Positions 1 through 4,902 of a stretch of 4,902 nt of DNA are shown one piece after another. Under the pieces are notes generated by a model. That model searched no databases, had not been told where the DNA came from, and saw nothing but the letters and a program-made list of their open reading frames with translations. The position numbers and the translations under genes were made by a program. This DNA comes from a virus (taxonomy: Duplodnaviria; Heunggongvirae; Uroviricota; Caudoviricetes): IMG/VR virus record IMGVR_UViG_2740892234_000005; one strand, written 5' to 3'. Each line of letters opens with the position of its first letter. The first letter of the stretch is position 1.

Positions 1-467
1 AATGTACCGTGAAAGCGACATCGTACCGGGAGAGCAGACCGCCACCATCATACTGAAGCAGCGCACAAAAAAATCTTGCGCCGCTGCCTCACGCCCACCA
101 GCAAAACCCGCCACAGGAAAAGACGGTGGTCAGCATTGCCGTTGATCCGGAGTCACCGGCTCAGTATCTCCAGCGCCAGAAACCACAACGGGAAGAGATG
201 CCTGTATACACGCGCTGGGTAAAAACGCAGAAATGCATGACGTGCGGTAATCAGGCAGATGATCCGCATCACATCATTGGTCATGGACTGGGAGGGATGG
301 GAACAAAGGCTGATGATTTGTTTGTTATTCCGCTGTGCCGTAAATGTCATAACGAACTGCACGCCGGGGTAAAAGATTTTGAAGAAAAACACGGCAGCCA
401 GCTGTTGTTGCTGATTCGTTTTTTAATGCACGCGAGAAATTCGGGTGTCCTGAAGTGGAAAGCATGA
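1..467 (+). pseudogene. DUF968-family protein with C-terminal HNH / Endo VII-like zinc-finger nuclease motif; 3' part of a gene that begins upstream of the window; broken by a +1 frameshift (or a homopolymer sequencing error)
   Basis: Frame 2 is open from the window edge (..MYRESDIVPGEQTATIILKQRTK) and matches copy 2 (from 2266) codon for codon up to an A7 run at 67-73, which is A6 in copy 2. After that, frame 2 hits TGA at 143-145, while the homologous reading (..NLAPLPHAHQQNPPQEKTVVSIAVDPESP..) continues in frame 3, open 57-467 (track ORF 126..467 from GTG). C-terminal motifs C-x2-C, DDPHH and LCRKCHNELH are shared with copy 2. Confidence 0.55.
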
Positions 468-833
468 ATGACTGAACGGATAGAATTTGTTTTGCCTTAC
501 CCGCCGACGGTGAATACCTACTGGCGACGTCATGGCAATACGTATTTCATCTCGGAAGCCGGAAAGCGTTATCGCCGTGATGTGGCGCTAATTGTTCGCC
601 AGCAGCGGCTGAAATTAAACCTGTCCGGAAGGCTGGTGATAAAGATTATTGCAGAGCCACCGGATAAGCGCCGTCGTGACCTGGACAATATCCTGAAAGC
701 ACCACTGGATGTGCTGACGCATGCCGGACTTCTCATAGACGACGAGCAGTTTGATGAAATCAATATTGTGCGCGGTCAGCTCGTTCCTGGTGGGCGGCTG
801 GGGATAAAAATCACAGAACTGGAGTGCGCATGA
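468..833 (+). CDS. rusA: RusA-family Holliday junction resolvase (crossover junction endodeoxyribonuclease), copy 1
   Basis: ATG 468 directly abuts the upstream TGA (465-467). The 121-aa product carries RusA hallmarks as I recall them from E. coli RusA: PPTVNTYW-like N-terminus, [10 protein letters not shown] acidic catalytic block, LIDDEQF, and GGRLG near the C-terminus. About 88% aa identity to the second copy at 2737-3108. Confidence 0.9.
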   Translation: MTERIEFVLPYPPTVNTYWRRHGNTYFISEAGKRYRRDVALIVRQQRLKLNLSGRLVIKIIAEPPDKRRRDLDNILKAPLDVLTHAGLLIDDEQFDEINIVRGQLVPGGRLGIKITELECA

Positions 834-1498
834 ATAACCACTATTTACAGTTTGTGCGTGAGCAGCTCATTATCGCCACCGCTGATTTGAGTGGGGCAAC
901 AAAAGGTCAGCTTGAAGCCTGGCAGGAGAATGCCATGTTCGATACAGGGCGTTACAGGCGAAAAAAAATCCGGTACCGCGATGAAGTGACTGGAAAAATG
1001 ATAACGCGGGATAATCCACCAATCCCGGGAAAGCAATCGCTGGCGAAGGTGACGTCAATTCCTCTGGTCAGTCCGGTTGAGTTTTCGACATCATCGTGGC
1101 GGCGGGCTGTTCTGTCTCTTGAAGAACATCATAAAGCCTGGTTGTTGTGGTGTTACAGCGGGAGTATTTGTTGGGAATATCAGATCGCGATAACACAGTG
1201 GGCGTGGAATGAATTTAATACTCAATCCGGTACCAGAAAAATTGCTGGGAAAACGCAGGAACGCCTGAAAAAATTAATCTGGCTGGCGGCGCAGGCAGTA
1301 AAAGCAGAACTTTTTGGTGGGGAAGGTTATGAATACCAGGAGCTGGCATTACTGGCGGGAGTGACAACCAAAAACTGGTCCAAAACATTTACTGGCCACT
1401 GGGTTGCAATGAAACACATTTTTCACCGGCTGGATAATGAGGCTTTATTGTTCGTGACGAGAACACGTTTAAAACAAAAGGCGGCATTTTCACAGTAA
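830..1498 (+). CDS. Late-gene antitermination protein Q (long, roughly 222-aa type)
   Basis: ATG 830 overlaps the rusA stop (ATGA at 830-833) with GGAG 5 nt upstream; GTG 824 is the alternative start used by the ORF track. The gene sits in the slot that lambdoid phages reserve for Q, immediately upstream of a sigma70 promoter plus intrinsic terminator. Family assignment is from position and recollection, not a search. Confidence 0.7.
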   Translation: MNNHYLQFVREQLIIATADLSGATKGQLEAWQENAMFDTGRYRRKKIRYRDEVTGKMITRDNPPIPGKQSLAKVTSIPLVSPVEFSTSSWRRAVLSLEEHHKAWLLWCYSGSICWEYQIAITQWAWNEFNTQSGTRKIAGKTQERLKKLIWLAAQAVKAELFGGEGYEYQELALLAGVTTKNWSKTFTGHWVAMKHIFHRLDNEALLFVTRTRLKQKAAFSQ

Positions 1499-1502
1499 AG
1501 TA

Positions 1503-1531
1503 TTGCAAAAGTAGATTAAAAGGCATATATT
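1503..1531 (+). promoter_or_regulatory. Candidate sigma70 late promoter (pR'-like): -35 TTGCAA (1503-1508), 17-bp spacer, -10 TATATT (1526-1531)
   Basis: Good match to TTGACA-N17-TATAAT, starting 5 nt after the Q stop codon. A -10-like repeat GATATT (1544-1549) lies in the predicted initial transcribed region, as expected for a sigma70-dependent promoter-proximal pause where Q loads. Confidence 0.45.
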
Positions 1532-1580
1532 TCATGCAAATCTGATATTTTGCCGATTTTGTACGTGATGGCAAAGTAGC

Positions 1581-1606
1581 AAAACCCGCCGCTGAGCGGG
1601 TTTTTC
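1581..1606 (+). terminator. Rho-independent terminator (tR'-like) ending a short promoter-proximal transcript
   Basis: Stem CCCGC (1585-1589) pairs with GCGGG (1596-1600) around loop CGCTGA; it is extendable by AAAA/TTTT and followed by T-run 1601-1605. It lies about 45-70 nt downstream of the candidate promoter. Confidence 0.75.
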
Positions 1607-1788
1607 TGTACCCGGAATTCTGTGGCTATCCAGAAAGCTCATGGAAAGAGGAGAAAGGCAATAATTTATAACAAAATCTTAAAGATCGCCTTGTATACTA
1701 TTAGTTTTGTAAATATTGTGTATTTTGAGTATTGCAGGATAACCCTGTGACGAAGTTAGTGTAACAACACTTTTGCTCTACGAGTTTC

Positions 1789-1817
1789 GCCAGCCTCCCC
1801 CAGTGGCTGGCTTTTTT
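1789..1817 (+). terminator. Rho-independent terminator in the non-coding region downstream of tR'
   Basis: 7-bp stem GCCAGCC (1789-1795) pairs with GGCTGGC (1805-1811) around a 9-nt loop, followed by TTTTTT (1812-1817). No ORF of meaningful size lies upstream in 1607-1788. Confidence 0.6.
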
Positions 1818-1836
1818 ATGTCCGTAGCGTCAAAGC

Positions 1837-1846
1837 NNNNNNNNNN
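1837..1846. other. Assembly gap (10 N), scaffold join
   Basis: Run of exactly 10 N. The frame of the downstream DUF968 gene is open right up to the gap, so the gene's 5' end is missing. Confidence 0.95.
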
Positions 1847-1860
1847 TGGAAGACAAAACA

Positions 1861-2724
1861 TTGCTGCCGTTTTTCAGTAACGCACGGGTGATTCGTGCTG
1901 CTGGTGGTGCTGGTGCATTGTCTGACTGGCTGTTGCGCCATATTAAATCCTGCCAGTGGCCACACGGCGATTATCATCACAGCGAAACTGTCATTCACCG
2001 TTATGGTACCGGCGCAATGGTGTTGTGCTGGCACTGCGACAACCAGCTGCGTGACCAGACATCCGAATCACTCGAGCAACTTGCTCATCAAAACCTGTCA
2101 GCATGGATGATTGACGTCATCGGTCACGCAATAAGCGGTACGCAGGAGCGTGAATTATCTCTGGCTGAATTATCCTGGTGGGCGGTCCGCAATCAGGTGG
2201 CGGACGCGCAACCGGAAGCGGTATTACGTCGTTCGCTGGGGGGGCGTGCGGAAAAAATCCGCTCAATGTACCGTGAAAGCGACATCGTGCCGGGAGAGCA
2301 GACCGCCACCAGCATACTGAAGCAGCGCACAAAAAATATTGCGCTACCGCCTCACACCCACCAGCAACAGAACCCACCACAGGAAAAGACGGTGGTCAGC
2401 ATTGCCGTTGATCCGGAGTCTCCGGAATCCTTCATGAAACGACCTAAACGTCGCCGCTGGGTAAATGAGAAATACACACGCTGGGTAAAGACACAGCCGT
2501 GTGCGTGTTGTGGTAAGCCAGCGGACGATCCTCATCATCTGATTAGTCATGGTCAGGGCGGAATGGGAATAAAATCCCACGATATTTTCACGCTACCGCT
2601 GTGTCGGGAGCATCACAACGAGCTTCATGCGGATCCGCTGGCGTTCGAAGAAAAGCATGGTTCCCAGGTTGATTTAATTTTTCGTTTTCTTGATCACGCT
2701 TTTGCAACCGGCGTGCTCGGGTAA
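1861..2724 (+). CDS. DUF968-family protein with C-terminal HNH / Endo VII-like zinc-finger nuclease motif, copy 2 (5'-partial; true start probably in or before the gap)
   Basis: Long open frame running from the gap edge (1847) to TAA 2722-2724; the first in-window candidate start is TTG 1861. The N-terminal region has a Cys/His cluster (C-x4-H..HH..C-x2-C). The C-terminus has C-A-C-C, DDPHH, and LCREHHNELH. A Chi octamer lies inside at 1900-1907. Confidence 0.7.
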   Translation: MLPFFSNARVIRAAGGAGALSDWLLRHIKSCQWPHGDYHHSETVIHRYGTGAMVLCWHCDNQLRDQTSESLEQLAHQNLSAWMIDVIGHAISGTQERELSLAELSWWAVRNQVADAQPEAVLRRSLGGRAEKIRSMYRESDIVPGEQTATSILKQRTKNIALPPHTHQQQNPPQEKTVVSIAVDPESPESFMKRPKRRRWVNEKYTRWVKTQPCACCGKPADDPHHLISHGQGGMGIKSHDIFTLPLCREHHNELHADPLAFEEKHGSQVDLIFRFLDHAFATGVLG

Positions 2725-3108
2725 AAGAGGTTACTGATGCGTATAGAGTTTGTTTTGCCTTACCCGCCGACGGTGAACACCTACTGGCGACGTCGTGGCA
2801 GCACATATTTTGTATCAAAAGCCGGTGAGCGTTATCGCCGGGCTGTGGCGCTTATTGTTCGCCAGCAGCGGCTGAAATTAAGCCTGTCCGGACGGCTGGC
2901 AATAAAAATTATTGCAGAACCACCGGATAAGCGCCGCCGTGACCTGGACAACATTCTGAAAGCACCGCTGGATGCGCTGACGCATGCGGAAGTGCTCATT
3001 GATGACGAGCAGTTTGATGAAATCAATATTGTGCGCGGTCAGCCTGTGCCAGGTGGACGGCTGGGCGTGAAGATTTACGAAATCAGAGGTGGTAACGATG
3101 GCGCGTGA
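2265..3108 (+). repeat. Paralogous segment B (DUF968 3' part + rusA); partner is 1-833
   Basis: See segment A. Copy B carries an intact reading frame through the A6 run at 2331-2336. Confidence 0.85.
2737..3108 (+). CDS. rusA: RusA-family Holliday junction resolvase, copy 2
   Basis: RBS AAGAGG (2726-2731) precedes ATG 2737. The 123-aa product has the same PPTVNTYW / [10 protein letters not shown] / LIDDEQF / GGRLG motifs; its C-terminal tail diverges from copy 1. Confidence 0.9.
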   Translation: MRIEFVLPYPPTVNTYWRRRGSTYFVSKAGERYRRAVALIVRQQRLKLSLSGRLAIKIIAEPPDKRRRDLDNILKAPLDALTHAEVLIDDEQFDEINIVRGQPVPGGRLGVKIYEIRGGNDGA

Positions 3109-3469
3109 TATCCAGATGGTTCTTGAGCGATGGGGGGCATGGGCAGCAAATAATCATGAAGATGTAACATGGCCCTCGATAGCTGCTGGTTTTAAAGGAT
3201 TAATCCCGACTAAAGTGAAATCACGTCCTCAGTGTTCTGATGATGACGCCATGATAATTTGTGGTTGTATGGCACGATTAAACAAGAATAATCAGTATTT
3301 GCACGATTTGTTGGTGGATTATTACGTAGGTGGAATGACATTTATGGCTCTTGCACGTAAGCATAGATGTTCTGATGGGCTTATTGGTAAAAGGCTTTAT
3401 AAAGCGGAAGGTATTATTGAAGGAATGCTTATGGCTCTGAATGTCCGGTTAGATATGGATATGCGGTAG
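3098..3469 (+). CDS. quuD: Short antitermination protein Q (DLP12 QuuD-like)
   Basis: ATG 3098 with GAGGTGG 5 nt upstream; the 5' end overlaps the rusA stop (3106-3108). The 123-aa product ([32 protein letters not shown]..) matches my recollection of the roughly 127-aa QuuD from prophage DLP12. Not verified by search. Confidence 0.7.
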   Translation: MARDIQMVLERWGAWAANNHEDVTWPSIAAGFKGLIPTKVKSRPQCSDDDAMIICGCMARLNKNNQYLHDLLVDYYVGGMTFMALARKHRCSDGLIGKRLYKAEGIIEGMLMALNVRLDMDMR

Positions 3470-3561
3470 GGATATATAGTGATGAGGGTTATGTTTTCTG
3501 TGTTTATAATTAACATGTTTATTTTTTTGATGGTCATGTATTGTGGAAGGTAGATAAAATG

Positions 3562-3590
3562 TTGCCTGGTGAATTGAAAATATTGATAAT
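3562..3590 (+). promoter_or_regulatory. Candidate sigma70 promoter for the cargo gene: -35 TTGCCT (3562-3567), 17-bp spacer, -10 GATAAT (3585-3590)
   Basis: Found in the very AT-rich 3470-3615 spacer. An alternative perfect -10 TATAAT at 3505-3510 lacks a good -35. AT-rich DNA produces such matches by chance, so this is weak. Confidence 0.3.
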
Positions 3591-3621
3591 CAATCTTCAT
3601 CATTAAATAAAAGGAGTGCTT

Positions 3622-4440
3622 ATGTGGATTGTGTTAGTACTGTCACTGTCAACTCTCAGTTGGCATAAGGTAGTGGCTTTTTCATTGTTGACGGTGTCTG
3701 TTGTCCTGGCTGTGCTTAATGATATTATTGATTGGTCGGTGTTATTTTTTGTTGCTACAATCGTTTTTTTTATTATTTTGAAGTTCAACTGGAAATATAA
3801 CGCCTGGGCTAAATCTATATATGAAGTTGGCATAGTTTTATCAGCCATAGCATTATCTTTCCATCTATGGCCAGGGTTTCACAATCCTGTAGTGCTAAAT
3901 TCTGTTACTGTTGGCCCTCAAAGTACTCCCTATACAATGTATTTTAATTTTGATAAAGCGCTGGTGCCATTTTTGTTAGTCCTGTGTACATCTTCTTTGT
4001 TTAAAAAAGAAGTAAAATCAGAAGTGTCTTTGTGGAAGTGGGGGGCTCTGTCGCTCTCTGTTCCTCTTATCCTGTTTTTGGCTGTTTTTTTTGGTGGATT
4101 AAAGCCAGAGATTCATTTTCCTGAGTGGTTGCCAGAGTTTATATTGGCTAATTTGTTTTTTGTGTCTCTGGCAGAGGAATCATTATTTAGAGGGTATATT
4201 CAATCACGGCTATCAGAAGTAACGTCTCCATTGGTTGCATTAATTGTGGCGGCTTTGTTGTTTGGTTTTTATCACTATTCAGGTGGTGCTTTACTTGTAT
4301 TATTTGCCACGTTATCTGGTGTTGTGTATGGATTGTCATGGATGTGGAGTGGGCGTTTGTGGGTTGCCACCCTTTTCCATTTTGGTTTGAATCTGTGTCA
4401 CTTGTTATTCTTTACCTATCCATTTTTAAAACATAATTGA
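3622..4440 (+). CDS. CPBP (CAAX protease / bacteriocin-processing, Abi, PF02517-like) family polytopic intramembrane metalloprotease; prophage cargo (moron) gene
   Basis: RBS AAGGAG (3611-3616) precedes ATG 3622; the track starts at GTG 3616. The 272-aa product has roughly 8-10 hydrophobic helices. The three CPBP signature motifs sit in consecutive C-terminal helices in the canonical order: EExxxR (AEESLFRGY, nt 4174-4191), FxxxH (FGFYHY, nt 4261-4275), HxxxN (HFGLN, nt 4378-4392). The gene is AT-rich with T-rich codons, unlike the flanking phage genes. Confidence 0.8.
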   Translation: MWIVLVLSLSTLSWHKVVAFSLLTVSVVLAVLNDIIDWSVLFFVATIVFFIILKFNWKYNAWAKSIYEVGIVLSAIALSFHLWPGFHNPVVLNSVTVGPQSTPYTMYFNFDKALVPFLLVLCTSSLFKKEVKSEVSLWKWGALSLSVPLILFLAVFFGGLKPEIHFPEWLPEFILANLFFVSLAEESLFRGYIQSRLSEVTSPLVALIVAALLFGFYHYSGGALLVLFATLSGVVYGLSWMWSGRLWVATLFHFGLNLCHLLFFTYPFLKHN

Positions 4441-4578
4441 TTTTTTCTATGGTTTTAAATTTATAAGACTGAAAAATAGCAGGACGTGACATTTGCATGA
4501 AAAATATGCACGGCAAAGCATTTACGTACGTAAAAAATCAGGTATGCTGTTAAGAGTGGTTATTTCGCCGCATAGCTT

Positions 4579-4604
4579 GACCCCGCCTCTGAGCGGGTTT
4601 TTTG
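4579..4604 (+). terminator. Rho-independent terminator (tR'-like, paralogous to 1581-1606)
   Basis: Stem CCCGC (4582-4586) pairs with GCGGG (4593-4597) around loop CTCTGA, followed by TTTTTT (4598-4603). It shares the core CCCGC-CKCTGA-GCGGG-TTTTT and a nearby GCAAAGTAGC word with the copy 1 terminator. Confidence 0.7.
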
Positions 4605-4681
4605 TGCCCGCAAAGTAGCGCAGTGCGTTAAATGTGCTGGTAGTTATTAATACAGGTCTTTCAGCTTGCTGGCTTTTTCGG

Positions 4682-4709
4682 CAAGAGTTATTGGTGTGTC
4701 ACGTTAACC
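4682..4709 (+). repeat. 28-bp direct repeat, left copy (CAAGAGTTATTGGTGTGTCACGTTAACC)
   Basis: Identical 28-mer recurs at 4758-4785 on the other side of the N gap. Confidence 0.9.
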
Positions 4710-4744
4710 AAAAGGGAAAAAAGACATGCTAAAACAGCAGGATA

Positions 4745-4754
4745 NNNNNNNNNN
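4745..4754. other. Assembly gap (10 N), scaffold join
   Basis: Run of exactly 10 N, flanked by a 28-bp direct repeat. It truncates a gene that starts at ATG 4726 (MLKQQD..). Confidence 0.95.
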
Positions 4755-4757
4755 CGA

Positions 4758-4785
4758 CAAGAGTTATTGGTGTGTCACGTTAACC
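4758..4785 (+). repeat. 28-bp direct repeat, right copy
   Basis: Identical to 4682-4709. The downstream sequences are both purine-rich but diverge. Confidence 0.9.
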
Positions 4786-4902
4786 GGAAAAAGGAAAGTT
4801 TGAGAAACGCGATCTGGCACAGGCGGTTATTAATGCTGCCTACCTGGTGGCCTGTGCAGATGGTGAATGTGAGGCTTCCTAGAAAGCGAAGATCGAACAG
4901 GT

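Larger units (their letters stand above)
1..833 (+). repeat. Paralogous segment A (DUF968 3' part + rusA); partner is 2265-3108
   Basis: Window 1-66 is nearly identical to 2265-2330 (two substitutions by eye). Identity is lower across the DUF968 C-terminal domain (about 60% aa) and high again in rusA (about 88% aa). Homology ends near the rusA 3' end, where two unrelated Q genes follow. Confidence 0.85.

Noticed and set aside
153-392. 79-aa minus-strand ORF inside the DUF968 copy 1 C-terminal region
   Set aside because: Entirely antisense to a conserved coding frame, with no independent support.
569-763. 64-aa minus-strand ORF antisense to rusA copy 1, with a near-identical counterpart at 2832-3026 antisense to rusA copy 2
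   Set aside because: Conservation between copies is explained by conservation of rusA on the opposite strand. The products are Ser/Arg-rich and low complexity, with no RBS or start context; they are antisense shadow ORFs.
845-1574. Minus-strand ORFs 845-1036, 870-1058 and 1389-1574 overlapping the Q gene and late promoter
   Set aside because: Antisense to the Q coding frame. The last one would run through the promoter and terminator region, which is not plausible as a gene.
1641-1664. Purine-rich AAGAGGAGAAAGG stretch with a 7-codon mini-ORF (ATG 1641 to TAA 1662-1664)
   Set aside because: Looks like a strong RBS, but no ORF of meaningful length follows it; probably chance or a remnant.
1607-1836. 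Possible tRNA genes downstream of tR', as found in Stx-type prophages
   Set aside because: No T-loop (GGTTCGAATCC-like) or cloverleaf-compatible sequence is visible here or in 4441-4744.
1816-2818. ORFs 1816-2034(-), 1895-2110(+), 2117-2380(-), 2344-2580(-) and 2588-2818(-) overlapping DUF968 copy 2
   Set aside because: All lie within or antisense to the long DUF968 frame, which is supported by paralogy with copy 1. The first also spans the N gap.
3397-3848. Minus-strand ORFs 3397-3603 (68 aa) and 3603-3848 (81 aa)
   Set aside because: Translations of AT-rich DNA (Ile/Asn/Tyr/Lys-rich, low complexity). They overlap the Q 3' end, the spacer and the 5' end of the CPBP gene, which has far better coding support on the + strand.
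4784-4891. Frame-2 open reading (..EKRDLAQAVINAAYLVACADGECEAS) considered as a TerB-like or holin-like gene start
   Set aside because: No start codon in frame, an in-frame TAG at 4880-4882, only about 30 codons visible, and the resemblance is vague. Left as an unassigned fragment under findings.
1-4902. CRISPR arrays, IS elements, integrase or attachment-site signatures
   Set aside because: No regularly spaced short repeats, no terminal inverted repeats with a transposase ORF, and no integrase-like ORF. The only repeats are the paralogous phage modules and the 28-bp gap-flanking repeat.

Overview
This window is a lambdoid (lambda-like) prophage nin / late-regulatory region from an enterobacterial, E. 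coli-like genome. It appears scaffolded from three pieces joined by two runs of 10 N (1837-1846 and 4745-4754). Everything is read by eye from the sequence and ORF track; no database search was run, so family names are from memory. All genes are on the + strand. Two paralogous but mosaic copies of the same module are present: DUF968-family protein with an HNH-like C-terminus, then RusA Holliday-junction resolvase, then late antiterminator Q, then a sigma70 promoter and intrinsic terminator (pR'/tR'-like). Copy 1 (1-1606) has a DUF968 gene broken by a +1 frameshift in an A7 run and a 222-aa Q. Copy 2 (1847-4604) has a DUF968 gene truncated at its 5' end by the gap, RusA, and a short 123-aa QuuD-like Q. 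The most interesting element is in copy 2: an AT-rich cargo gene (3622-4440) lies between Q and the tR'-like terminator. It encodes a roughly 272-aa polytopic membrane protein with the three CPBP/Abi-family intramembrane metalloprotease motifs (EExxxR, FxxxH, HxxxN), and is a candidate prophage-borne immunity or defence gene. No tRNA, rRNA, CRISPR array or IS element was found.
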